IMG/VR virus record: IMGVR_UViG_3300042889_001272
Location: 62,001 to 126,000 of that record
DNA: 64,000 nt
Strand: one strand, 5' to 3'
Within the stretch, counting starts at the first letter, position 1, and every line of letters starts with the position of its first letter. The translations under genes and the position numbers were made by a program. The notes under the pieces were generated by a model. It had not been told where the DNA came from and ran no database searches. It was given only the letters and a program-made list of their open reading frames with translations. Positions 48,599 through 58,357 of the stretch are shown piece by piece.

Positions 48599-51240
48599 GT
48601 TATGTTGACGCAGTTTATGTAAAAGATAAAGACCTTATCAATGTCGTAGAGCGAGTTGACGGTGTGAGAAAGTTTAAAAGTTTCCCGGCACATTACTTGT
48701 TTTACTATCAAGACAACAAAGGTCAATACATGGGTATTGATGGCAAGAGACTGACTAAAGTTGCTGTAAATAGCAACAAGGCCTTTGAAAAAGAAAAGCG
48801 TATTTACGGACATAAACAACTTTATGAAAGTGATATCAAACCTGTTAACCGTTGTTTGGAAACAAATTATCTAAACAGTGATGCGCCAAAAGTCAACAAG
48901 GCATTCTTCGACATTGAAGTTGCTTATAATAAGATCAAGGGCTTTGCTGATCCCAGCGATCCTTTTAATCCCATCACTGCTATCTCTGTACACTGCGGCT
49001 GGCTAGACAAACTAATCACTTTAGTTATTAAGCCAGACAAAATGGCACAAGATCAAGCAGAAGCTATTGTAGCTCGCTTTGATAACACTATTCTTTGTAG
49101 CACTGAAGAAGAAATGTTGGACATGTTTCTAAGTCTAATTGAAGACGCCGATATTGTCAGTGGTTGGAACAGTGGCGGATATGACATTCCTTACACAGTG
49201 AATCGTGTTATCAAACTAATGGGCTCTGATCATAGTCGTAGATTTTGTTTGTGGAATGCCAAACCTAAAAAGCGTGAATATGAACGCTATGGCAAAATCA
49301 GTGCTACATACGATCTCATTGGTCGTGTGCATTTAGACTATCTTGATTTATATCGCAAGTTTACATATCACGAACTTCATACATATCGTCTTGACTATGT
49401 AGGTGAGATTGAATTAGGTGAAAATAAAATTCAGTATGAAGGCACATTGGATCAACTGTATAACAATGACTTTGAAAAGTTCATTGCTTATAATAGACAA
49501 GATACTATGTTACTGTACAAGATGGATGCCAAGCTACAATATATTGACTTGGTTAATGTATTGGCACATGCGAATACCGTTACGTTCCTTACCACAATGG
49601 GTGCGGTTGCTATGACCGACCAAGCTATTATCAATGAAGCTCACGGAAGAGGAGTAATGGTAATGGATCGTAAGCGTGGTGATGGCATTGAAACACAAGC
49701 GGCAGGTGCGTATGTTGCTTACCCAGAAAAAGGTGTTCATGACTGGATCGGTAGCATGGACTTGAACAGTCTGTATCCAAGTTTGATTCGTGCTCTTAAT
49801 ATGAGTCCAGAAACAATTATTGGACAAGTGCGCCAACAACAAACTAAACCAGAAATTAAAGCATGGTTAGACAGTGGTAAAGGCTTTGCTGACTATTGGG
49901 ATGGTAAGTTTGCTGTTCACGAGTACAATGAGATTGTTGCCAAGAACAAAGGCTACAACATTGTCATCGACTGGGAGAATGGTACTAGCACAGAACTCAG
50001 TGCGGCAGAAGCATATGACTTGATTTACTTGCAAGGCAATCCTTGGATGCTAACTGCCAATGGTACAATCTTTACCTACGAGAACCAAGGAGTTATTCCC
50101 GGATTGCTGACTCGTTGGTATGCCGAACGTAAAGAACTACAAGCAAAAGCCAAAGAAGCATATGGCACTGATATGTTCGAGTATTGGGACAAGCGACAGT
50201 TAGTTAAGAAAATTAATTTGAACTCGTTGTATGGCGCTTTGCTTAATGCAGGAAGTAGGTTTTTCGATCTTCGTCTTGGACAAAGTACAACGTTGCTAGG
50301 TCGTAGTGTTGCTCGACACATGGCGGCCCAAGTTAATGCCGTATTTGATGGTGACTACAATCATAAAGGTCGAACTATTATCTATGGTGACACTGACAGT
50401 TGTTACTTTAGTGCTTATCCTGTGTTCAAAGGTCAAATTGACAGAGGTGAAATTGATTGGACTCGTGATAAGATCATTGAGCTATATGACATGGTTGCCG
50501 ACGAAGTCAATGCCACCTTTCCACAGTTTATGAACACAGCATTTAACTGTCCCACTAACTTGGGCGAGATTATCAAAGCTGGTCGAGAAGTTGTTGCTAG
50601 TAAAGGCTTGTTCATTACTAAAAAGCGTTATGCTGTTCTTATCTATGATAAAGAAGGTAAACGCAAAGACAAAGATGGAAGCCTTGGCGAGATCAAAGCC
50701 ATGGGTCTTGACTTAAAGAGAGCAGATACTCCTGAATTTATGCAACGGTTCTTGGAAACAATTCTTCTAATGGTTCTTAACGGACAGGACAAGCAAGACG
50801 TTATTGATGCTATCAATGAATTCAGAACGGCATTTAAAAGTCGTCCGGGCTGGGAGAAAGGTACACCCAAGCGTGTTAACAACTTAACTAAACATACTGA
50901 AGTCTTTGAAAAGACTGGCAAGTGCGGAGTTGGACATGCTATGGCAGCTATCAATTGGAATAGATTTAAGAAGGCACATGGTGACCAAGCAAGTTTGGAT
51001 ATTACAGATGGTATGAAAGTTATTGTCTGCAAGTTAAAATCTAACCCCATGGGCATCACAAGTATTGCTCATCCAATTGACGAAATGAGATTGCCAGAAT
51101 GGTTTAAGGACATGCCTTTCGACCATGGCGCAATGGAAGAAACAATCATCAACAATAAAGTGGAAAACTTAATTGGTGTTCTTGATTGGGATATTCGAGC
51201 AAGTGATCAAACAAACACCTTCGAAAGTTTGTTTGCGTAA
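48595..51240 (+). CDS. Family B DNA polymerase
   Basis: Exonuclease FFDIE, GWNSGGYD, YNRQD; polymerase DLNSLYPS, KINLNSLYG, YGDTDS. Confidence 0.95.
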   Translation: MSYVDAVYVKDKDLINVVERVDGVRKFKSFPAHYLFYYQDNKGQYMGIDGKRLTKVAVNSNKAFEKEKRIYGHKQLYESDIKPVNRCLETNYLNSDAPKVNKAFFDIEVAYNKIKGFADPSDPFNPITAISVHCGWLDKLITLVIKPDKMAQDQAEAIVARFDNTILCSTEEEMLDMFLSLIEDADIVSGWNSGGYDIPYTVNRVIKLMGSDHSRRFCLWNAKPKKREYERYGKISATYDLIGRVHLDYLDLYRKFTYHELHTYRLDYVGEIELGENKIQYEGTLDQLYNNDFEKFIAYNRQDTMLLYKMDAKLQYIDLVNVLAHANTVTFLTTMGAVAMTDQAIINEAHGRGVMVMDRKRGDGIETQAAGAYVAYPEKGVHDWIGSMDLNSLYPSLIRALNMSPETIIGQVRQQQTKPEIKAWLDSGKGFADYWDGKFAVHEYNEIVAKNKGYNIVIDWENGTSTELSAAEAYDLIYLQGNPWMLTANGTIFTYENQGVIPGLLTRWYAERKELQAKAKEAYGTDMFEYWDKRQLVKKINLNSLYGALLNAGSRFFDLRLGQSTTLLGRSVARHMAAQVNAVFDGDYNHKGRTIIYGDTDSCYFSAYPVFKGQIDRGEIDWTRDKIIELYDMVADEVNATFPQFMNTAFNCPTNLGEIIKAGREVVASKGLFITKKRYAVLIYDKEGKRKDKDGSLGEIKAMGLDLKRADTPEFMQRFLETILLMVLNGQDKQDVIDAINEFRTAFKSRPGWEKGTPKRVNNLTKHTEVFEKTGKCGVGHAMAAINWNRFKKAHGDQASLDITDGMKVIVCKLKSNPMGITSIAHPIDEMRLPEWFKDMPFDHGAMEETIINNKVENLIGVLDWDIRASDQTNTFESLFA

Positions 51241-51325
51241 CTAAATAGAATACGCGACATGCTTGGCGCATGTCGTATCAAAGGTCAACTTAATCGTGTT
51301 TTGGTAACATGGATAGTTATAATAG

Positions 51326-51354
51326 TTGACACTACAACCTAAATACGCTATACT
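51326..51354 (+). promoter_or_regulatory. sigma70-type promoter with nested TAAATA
   Basis: TTGACA (51326) - 17 nt - TATACT (51349); TAAATA at 51340. Confidence 0.8.
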
Positions 51355-51373
51355 AGCGTATAGGAGAGAAATA

Positions 51374-52111
51374 ATGAAAGACGCAATTTTTGATATCGTG
51401 CGACACACAGCCAGCCTCGGCTTCTTTGACTTGGCAAAGATCACAGGCACTGATGCTAGCACAGAAATATGGACCTGTGACGAAAAACGTAACGTAGTCC
51501 TTGAAGCCGAATTAAAGAATCCAGTGGCATCCTTGATTGGTGAAGTTGGTTTAGGTAATTTAAGTTTCTTAAATGGTTTAACTGGTCTTTATAATAAAGA
51601 TGGCGTTGAAGTCGAAGTATCTACAGTAAGTAAAAATGGTGCAGAGATTCCAGATTACTTTATCTTTAAAGATGCTGATGGCAACAACGACAAGTATCGT
51701 TTGATGAGTAAAGAAATCATCGACACACAACTGCAACAAAGCAAGTTTAAAGGTGTTAAGTGGGATATTAGCTTTGAACCAAAGAAAAGTAAAGTAAGTG
51801 AAATGAGTCAGAAGGCAGGTATCTATTCTGCATTAGAGCCTACATTTACTGTTAAGACAGAAAACAATGATCTTGTTTTCATCTTCGGTAGTGACACAGG
51901 TGGCAGTCACTTTGGACGTATGACCTTTGCAAGTAATGTAACAGGCTCTATGAAAGAAGGTTATTCTTGGCCCATTGACAAGTTTTTGAGTATTCTTAAA
52001 CTTGGTATGAGTGGCGAATGTAAAGTACAATTCTGTCAAGTGGCTTGTATGATTACCATTGACAGCGGCACTGGTGTTTATAACTACATCTTGCCGGGAC
52101 ATACTCGTTAA
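51374..52111 (+). CDS. Putative sliding clamp (T4 gp45-like)
   Basis: AGGAG SD and ATG 51374; ~245 aa alternating alpha/beta; follows PolB; C-terminal GVYNYIL. Confidence 0.55.
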   Translation: MKDAIFDIVRHTASLGFFDLAKITGTDASTEIWTCDEKRNVVLEAELKNPVASLIGEVGLGNLSFLNGLTGLYNKDGVEVEVSTVSKNGAEIPDYFIFKDADGNNDKYRLMSKEIIDTQLQQSKFKGVKWDISFEPKKSKVSEMSQKAGIYSALEPTFTVKTENNDLVFIFGSDTGGSHFGRMTFASNVTGSMKEGYSWPIDKFLSILKLGMSGECKVQFCQVACMITIDSGTGVYNYILPGHTR

Positions 52112-52120
52112 GGAATTATT

Positions 52121-52348
52121 ATGGTTACTAAAAAACTTACCCCAGTTAAACCAGAAGCATCAGAACCTGATTCGATTCAGGCGGCAATGTTATTAGAACT
52201 GCAAAAGCACACCGAATACATGCATCGCATGGATTGGAAACTATGGATGATTATGAATATGTTTCGTACTATCGGTGAAGAAAATGGTTATACATTCAGT
52301 GTTGTACACAGGGACGAAGACGACATAGATCCACGTCGAGAGGTATAA
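52121..52348 (+). CDS. Hypothetical protein
   Basis: ORF; DWKLW motif similar to DWKFW in the next gene. Confidence 0.6.
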   Translation: MVTKKLTPVKPEASEPDSIQAAMLLELQKHTEYMHRMDWKLWMIMNMFRTIGEENGYTFSVVHRDEDDIDPRREV

Positions 52349-52349
52349 T

Positions 52350-52631
52350 ATGACAGATAATCAAACAGAAAAAATTATATCCCTTCTTGAAAATATAGAA
52401 AAGCATCTTCAAGCAATCGATTGGAAATTTTGGAATTTGCATCAACAGTTTGATAAAGAGAAAACAAATCTCGATGTGGAAAATACTGAAAAACCAATCG
52501 AAGAAATAATTGTCAACGATGAACTAGAAAGTCTTGCAGAAATAGTCAGTGCTCCGGCCACTGTTCCTGAGCCTGAAAGACCTGTAGTAAAGCACACGCT
52601 GAAATATCCAAGTATCGAGGTTTTGAAATGA
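52350..52631 (+). CDS. Hypothetical protein
   Basis: ORF; HLQAIDWKFW. Confidence 0.6.
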   Translation: MTDNQTEKIISLLENIEKHLQAIDWKFWNLHQQFDKEKTNLDVENTEKPIEEIIVNDELESLAEIVSAPATVPEPERPVVKHTLKYPSIEVLK

Positions 52632-53002
52632 AAAAAATGATTTGGGTTACCTTTCAAAAAGAAGGCATACACAAGTATCCAGCAGCTCTAACTGATCCTA
52701 ACTTGGCTACTGGCGATGAATATGATGTCAGCTTTCTTGGCTATCCCCACAGACATACATTTCATTTCAAAGTATCCATTGAAGTATTTCATGATGATCG
52801 TGACATTGAATTTATTCAATTCAAACGCTGGTTGGAAAATCTTTATAAAGGTGCTATACTAGCATTAGACTTTAAAAGTTGCGAGATGATCGCAGAAGAT
52901 TTGTACACACAAATTAATGCTCGCCATCCCGGTAGAGCAGTGACAATAGAAGTAAGTGAGGACGGTGAAAATGGATGCTACATTCAATTTGAACAGAAGT
53001 AA
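52628..53002 (+). CDS. queD: QueD-like (6-carboxytetrahydropterin synthase, T-fold) protein
   Basis: GYPHRHTFHF, IEFIQFKR, KSCEMIAEDL, VSEDGEN; context with folE, queE and a TGT-fold gene. Confidence 0.65.
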   Translation: MKKMIWVTFQKEGIHKYPAALTDPNLATGDEYDVSFLGYPHRHTFHFKVSIEVFHDDRDIEFIQFKRWLENLYKGAILALDFKSCEMIAEDLYTQINARHPGRAVTIEVSEDGENGCYIQFEQK

Positions 53003-53048
53003 GGTGAGAACAGTGCATAACAATAATAATTCTTATGTTAGTCGTGCT

Positions 53049-53372
53049 ATGATCAATATCAACGATATCAAATATGATTTGTTGAAGATCAGTGAAATGT
53101 ACGATGGAGTGTTACAAGATGGTCTTGGACACATTGCCGCAGACATGTTCTGGAAATATCTACAAGATATGTGTGACCAACGTTGGATGCACAGTTTCGA
53201 AATTACAGAGATTGTGTTGAAAGAACACAGTTACACATACGACATTAATATCCAAATTACTAATGATCGTACTCCAAAGAAATTAAAGATCCATGTGGGT
53301 CTTTATAAGAGTGCATGGTTTGACTTGTCTAAGTCAATGAAAAATACAGCAAACGGTTACGTAAATGCTTAA
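53049..53372 (+). CDS. Hypothetical protein
   Basis: ORF; start uncertain (53004 GTG or 53049 ATG). Confidence 0.55.
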   Translation: MININDIKYDLLKISEMYDGVLQDGLGHIAADMFWKYLQDMCDQRWMHSFEITEIVLKEHSYTYDINIQITNDRTPKKLKIHVGLYKSAWFDLSKSMKNTANGYVNA

Positions 53373-54927
53373 TCATAAAACCCGTGTAGATTTAAAAACT
53401 CGCAATAAAGACTATGCAGTCTTTTTGCCAAGTATCAGCGGGTTCTATCAAACCTTTATTAGTAAACAACAAAAAGAAGAATTCGTTCCTTTGAATAGAA
53501 TTCCAAAAGAGTTTGAAAACGGTATTGAAGGTATGAACTTCCTTAACAAGGAACAGGCATATTTTTACTACCCCGATGCGCTATATTCTGCAGGTCACGC
53601 ACAGTTAGATGTGACCAAAAGCTATGTTGAAGAATCCATGGTTCAACAACGTGATAAAACTAACCCCGATAGTTTTATCCTTGGCGACAGTGGCGGGTTC
53701 CAGATTGGTAAAGGTGTTATTAACTTTGACTGGCAGCACTTCTGGGAGAAGCAGGGCGATGCAGGTTATGTAGGTGCCGCGGATAAAACCCGTATGGCAA
53801 TTCTTAACTGGCTAGAGTTCACTGCTGATTATAGCATGGTACTTGACTTGCCAACTTGGAGTGCCGCGCCTATTAACCAAGCACGTACAGGACTTAAAGA
53901 CTTTGGCGATTGCCTACGTGGAACATTGTTTAACAACGATTTCTTCTTAAAACATCGTCAGGGTAAGACTAAGTTCCTAAACGTGCTACAAGGTGGTACT
54001 AATGAGGATGCTGACACTTGGTATGAAGCTGTCAAGCATTATCCATTTGAAGGCTGGGCCATGGGTGGTAATAACATGAAGGACGCAGACTTGATGTTAC
54101 GTAGACTTGTCAAACTACGTGATGAAAAATTACTGGAACCAGGACGCGATGTTATTCACTTCTTGGGTACTAGTAAACTTGAATTGGCTTGTTTGTTAAC
54201 TGCGGTTCAACGCAATTTACGTGAGCACGTTAATCCTAATATGAAGATTACGTTTGACTGTGCTAGTCCATTTTTAGCCACTGCTTATGGTCAGGCTTAC
54301 ACACAGCACGTTCATCGTAATAATCGTTTTAGTTACATTATGGATAAGGCCATTGATGACAGACGTCTTGCTGGTAGTGATACGCCATGGCCTTGGAATA
54401 GTCCTGTGGGCGAGCGTATGACCATGGGCGATGCTTGTTACTATAAGCCAGGTGATTTGAATAAGTTGGGTAAAGAAAGTAGAACATCTTGGGATAGTTT
54501 TGCTTACTTCTTAATGATGGGACATAACGTGTATCAACACATTGAATCAGTGCAACGTGCCAATGCGTTAAATGATACTGCCTGTGTTTTACATAAACCT
54601 GACCCTGGACATTGGCATCCTACTAAAGGCACCAACGGTGAACTTAGTAACTGGGTTCCACGCAATGTTATCTACATCACAGAATTAGTTAATCGTGTGT
54701 TTACCAGTGAAACACCTTTTACTGAACTTGATAGAGCTTCTAAGTTACTTGCCGACTTTAACAATAAGAAAACTCTTAAGACCAATGCCAAAGCCAACAA
54801 CATGCTTTTCGAAATTAAAGATTCGAAAACAGGCGAAAAGATCATTGACAAAGGCAGCGACAACGATTCTGCCATCGTTGATGACTGGGATCTAACCGAA
54901 GCCGAAAATATTTTAAAAGCCGCATAA
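53365..54927 (+). CDS. TGT-fold transglycosylase (DpdA-like, probably inserts 7-deazaguanine into DNA)
   Basis: LGDSGGFQ catalytic motif, MVLDLP, LNVLQG, GWAMGG, IHFLGTS, TFDCAS. Confidence 0.75.
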   Translation: MLNHKTRVDLKTRNKDYAVFLPSISGFYQTFISKQQKEEFVPLNRIPKEFENGIEGMNFLNKEQAYFYYPDALYSAGHAQLDVTKSYVEESMVQQRDKTNPDSFILGDSGGFQIGKGVINFDWQHFWEKQGDAGYVGAADKTRMAILNWLEFTADYSMVLDLPTWSAAPINQARTGLKDFGDCLRGTLFNNDFFLKHRQGKTKFLNVLQGGTNEDADTWYEAVKHYPFEGWAMGGNNMKDADLMLRRLVKLRDEKLLEPGRDVIHFLGTSKLELACLLTAVQRNLREHVNPNMKITFDCASPFLATAYGQAYTQHVHRNNRFSYIMDKAIDDRRLAGSDTPWPWNSPVGERMTMGDACYYKPGDLNKLGKESRTSWDSFAYFLMMGHNVYQHIESVQRANALNDTACVLHKPDPGHWHPTKGTNGELSNWVPRNVIYITELVNRVFTSETPFTELDRASKLLADFNNKKTLKTNAKANNMLFEIKDSKTGEKIIDKGSDNDSAIVDDWDLTEAENILKAA

Positions 54928-55811
54928 TGAAAGCACTTATAATTGGTCTAGGTTTCGGCCAGGCTGTTTATCTGCCTGTGCTAACTCAACTTGGTTATGA
55001 AGTAATTACTGTTGACATGGATACATCTAAAGGTGCTGATTTTTCAGACATTGAAGATGCTATTCGTGTTCACAGTAAATTTGATACTGTGAACATATGT
55101 ACTCCAAACTTTACGCATATCAAATTAGCAAGAGCTGTGGCTCCTCACGCGAATATTGTATTTGTTGAAAAGCCAGGTGTTGTTAACAGCGAAGCATGGC
55201 GATGGCTTTGTGCTGATTATCCCGGGACTCGTTTTATGATGGTAAAGAATAATCAATATCGTGATACTATTACACAGTTTAAAACACTTGCAGATCAAAG
55301 TCATACTGTTAGGGTTGTTTGGAATAATAAAAATCGTATTCCAAATCCAGGTAGTTGGTTTACTACAAAGGAACTGGCCTTTGGTGGTGTTAGTCGAGAT
55401 TTGATACCTCATATGTTAAGTTACTATGTAGCATTGACAGACTACACAAAAGGTAATAAACTATATGGTAACGCAACACAAAGACATGAACTCAAAGATC
55501 TTATTGATACTGATTATGGTAGCGTCAATCATGATGGCACTTACAATGTCGACGACTTCTGTGAATTTGAATTCAAAAACGGAGATACTACTTGGATATT
55601 AACTGCCAATTGGAAAGATGACAAAGCAGATGATGTTTATATTAGTTTTGACATGAAGAATTCTGCTGTTAGACATAAGTTAGGATTATGTCCAGAATCT
55701 GCATACAAAGCAATGATAGAAAACGCTGTTACAAACCTAAATAATGATATGTTCTGGAAAGAACAATTACAACAGGATCTTTGGATTCACCGACAAATAG
55801 AAAACTTATGA
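54927..55811 (+). CDS. Gfo/Idh/MocA family oxidoreductase
   Basis: IIGLGFG, ICTPNFTH, VFVEKP, GGVSRDLIPH. Confidence 0.8.
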   Translation: MKALIIGLGFGQAVYLPVLTQLGYEVITVDMDTSKGADFSDIEDAIRVHSKFDTVNICTPNFTHIKLARAVAPHANIVFVEKPGVVNSEAWRWLCADYPGTRFMMVKNNQYRDTITQFKTLADQSHTVRVVWNNKNRIPNPGSWFTTKELAFGGVSRDLIPHMLSYYVALTDYTKGNKLYGNATQRHELKDLIDTDYGSVNHDGTYNVDDFCEFEFKNGDTTWILTANWKDDKADDVYISFDMKNSAVRHKLGLCPESAYKAMIENAVTNLNNDMFWKEQLQQDLWIHRQIENL

Positions 55812-56956
55812 ACGCACGATCAATAACACGTAATACTCTAGCTGGTATTACTACTAGTCTTGCTATGGTGCCGGAAGTTGTTGCCTTTGCGCTGTTAGCA
55901 CACGTCAATCCTTTAGTGGGATTATATGCCGCAGTAATACTGGGATTAGTCACTGCTATATTTGGCGGACGTCCCGGACTTATCAGTGGAGGCGCCGGTA
56001 GCCTTGCAGTTGTCAGCGTGGCATTAGTAATCACACACGGAGTTGAATATCTATTTGCTTGTATTGTACTCATGGGCATTATACAATTCGCATTTGGTGC
56101 ATTTAAGTTAGGCAAGTTAATTAAATTAGTTAGTCCTAGTGTAATGACTGGTTTTGTCAACGGCTTGGCACTAGTAATTTTTACAGCACAGTTTCATCAA
56201 ATTCCTACACAAGGATTTGAATTGTATTATATGTTAGGTTTAATTGTAGTTACAATAGTTGGCGTAATTGTTGCTCCTATGATTACACGACATATTCCTG
56301 GTAGTTTGTTGGGCATTGTTCTTGTAACTGCTGTGGTATATATCTTTGGTATCAGTACAAAGACAGTGGGAGACATTGCACATATCAGCGGAGCATTACC
56401 TAGTTTCCATTTGCCCGATGTTCCTTTTACATTAGAAACACTACAGATAGTATTACCTTATAGTTTGATCCTTGCGGCAATTGGTTTGATTGAAACTTTA
56501 CTCACTGCTAACTTAGTAGATAAGACAATTGGCGGAGTTAATCAACCCAATAAAGAAAGCATAGCACAAGGTGCAGGTAATGTGTTGACAGGCCTGTTTG
56601 GTGGTATGGGAGGTTGTGCTATGATTGGACAAACAGTTATTAATTTAGAAGCCGGTGGACATCAGCGTTTGGCAGGGGTGGTTGAAGCATTAGCTATTCT
56701 TGCTTACATTGTATTTGCTAGTTTTATAATTGAATCGATTCCTATTGCGGCTTTAATTGGTGTAATGTGTGTGGTATGTTATCATACATTTGATTGGAAC
56801 AGTTTGAACTTTAAGGACAAACCTAAAGAAGATATTGCTGTCATGCTAACTGTCACTGTAACTACATTTATATTCAATTTGGCTTTTGCCGTTTTGTTAG
56901 GCATTTTGCTAACAAGTATGTTATACTACTGGAAACACGTTAAAGAAGCAACATGA
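55808..56956 (+). CDS. SulP/SLC26 family anion transporter lacking a STAS domain
   Basis: LAGITTSLAMVPEVVAFA, GLYAA, GGRPGLISG, NKESIAQGAGN, GGCAMIGQT. Confidence 0.88.
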   Translation: MNARSITRNTLAGITTSLAMVPEVVAFALLAHVNPLVGLYAAVILGLVTAIFGGRPGLISGGAGSLAVVSVALVITHGVEYLFACIVLMGIIQFAFGAFKLGKLIKLVSPSVMTGFVNGLALVIFTAQFHQIPTQGFELYYMLGLIVVTIVGVIVAPMITRHIPGSLLGIVLVTAVVYIFGISTKTVGDIAHISGALPSFHLPDVPFTLETLQIVLPYSLILAAIGLIETLLTANLVDKTIGGVNQPNKESIAQGAGNVLTGLFGGMGGCAMIGQTVINLEAGGHQRLAGVVEALAILAYIVFASFIIESIPIAALIGVMCVVCYHTFDWNSLNFKDKPKEDIAVMLTVTVTTFIFNLAFAVLLGILLTSMLYYWKHVKEAT

Positions 56957-57858
56957 CAAGAATATTACAAACAACAGGCACTGGCAATTTTACAGAAACA
57001 ACTTGGATTAATCCAAAATGCAGTGACGATGAAATTACTGTACAAAGTATTATGACCGGTGTATGTCGCAGTGACATTGATATGATGGAAGGCAACTTCG
57101 GTCCTTTGCCAATTAATATGCAAGGGCACGAAGGCTTGGGTCGAGTAATTAAAGTAGGTAAAAACATTGAAGATGTAGTTGTAGGGGATATCGTAGCTAC
57201 TAGAGGTGAACCTGCGTATGCAGACAAATACAATGTTCGTAATAGAGAATATGTTGTTGTGCCAGAAGCACATCCAAAATATATATTAGAACCAGTTGCC
57301 TGCGGGATTAATATTATCCAGCAGCCTATTAGAGAAATTGCAGAACGTGCTGGATCAACTAAACGTTTACTGATACTGGGCAGTGGTTTCCTTGCGTGGG
57401 TTGCTTTCAACACTATTCTAATACATCACTTGGATTTTGAAATCACAGTAGTAGGTAACAGCAATAAAGAACTATGGGGAGAAATCCTGCATCAAAACTA
57501 TCAAGGTACTTTTGATGTCATTATTGACTTGAGCAGTAAGATGGATGTTTTTGAGAAACCTATTCTAAATAATGAAGCATTAGTGGTGTTTGGAAGTCAA
57601 AAACAAGTTAGCACAGACTTCAGTAATTTACTTTGGAAGGCTTGTACAATGATATTCCCAAGTCCGAGAACCGAAAACTTTTATCATCGCATGAAAGATG
57701 CGGCTTACTGGATTGAGCAAGGTGATATTGTAGTTGACAGCTTCTGGACTCGAGCGTATAATAGAGACACTGAATGGCAACAAGCATTTGCTGATGGCCT
57801 TGACCGCCCTGCTGGTTATAGCAGGGGATACATTTATTGGAACGAAAATGGCAATTGA
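56953..57858 (+). CDS. MDR-family (alcohol/sugar) dehydrogenase
   Basis: TGVCRSD, GHEGLG, VVVGDIV, LEPVAC, ILGSGFLA. Confidence 0.8.
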   Translation: MTRILQTTGTGNFTETTWINPKCSDDEITVQSIMTGVCRSDIDMMEGNFGPLPINMQGHEGLGRVIKVGKNIEDVVVGDIVATRGEPAYADKYNVRNREYVVVPEAHPKYILEPVACGINIIQQPIREIAERAGSTKRLLILGSGFLAWVAFNTILIHHLDFEITVVGNSNKELWGEILHQNYQGTFDVIIDLSSKMDVFEKPILNNEALVVFGSQKQVSTDFSNLLWKACTMIFPSPRTENFYHRMKDAAYWIEQGDIVVDSFWTRAYNRDTEWQQAFADGLDRPAGYSRGYIYWNENGN

Positions 57859-58357
57859 CACAATGGGCCGTAAGGCAACAACTTATTTTATTGGCACGGA
57901 AGTAGAACGTACTGCTATGTATGGCGAACGTACATTGTTCGTAGTGGGCGTTCAGCCTGTGGATAAAATTGTTAGTCTACTCAATGAACATAAGTTACGT
58001 CATGTTTATCTTGGTACAAGTCAAAGTTTTACTCCCACAGACTACGATGACTGGAAAGCCTGGGATAAGATGATCATCGAATTGTTAGATGCAGGTTACT
58101 GGGTAACTCTTGACTTTGGAGTAGAATATGCTGATACTTTTAACGAAGAAGGTTGGAGTGAGTACAATACGTTTATTCCTATGATCAGTGTTAAACTTCC
58201 GTATATTAAATTATATAACTATAACGCTACACTAAAGATTGATGACACTACTTGGGGTCATAGCAATCCAGGTGTATGGTGTCATAGTCTGCACGACTTA
58301 ATGGACAGAAAAGTTTACACAGACTGGAAGGATTATGTCGGAGACGAAAATGTCTAA
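57848..58357 (+). CDS. Conserved phage hypothetical protein
   Basis: ATG 57848; FIGTEVERT...TLFVVG, KIDD..WGHSNPGVW. Confidence 0.65.
   Translation: MAIDTMGRKATTYFIGTEVERTAMYGERTLFVVGVQPVDKIVSLLNEHKLRHVYLGTSQSFTPTDYDDWKAWDKMIIELLDAGYWVTLDFGVEYADTFNEEGWSEYNTFIPMISVKLPYIKLYNYNATLKIDDTTWGHSNPGVWCHSLHDLMDRKVYTDWKDYVGDENV

Noticed and set aside
48595-51240. Intein or intron in PolB
   Set aside because: Normal length with contiguous motifs; no C...HN/[CST] splice junction or LAGLIDADG motif seen.
53365-54927. Canonical tRNA-guanine transglycosylase (tgt)
   Set aside because: It lacks the C-terminal CxCxxC zinc motif of bacterial Tgt and is longer and divergent; a DNA-acting DpdA-like role fits the context better, though this is unproven.
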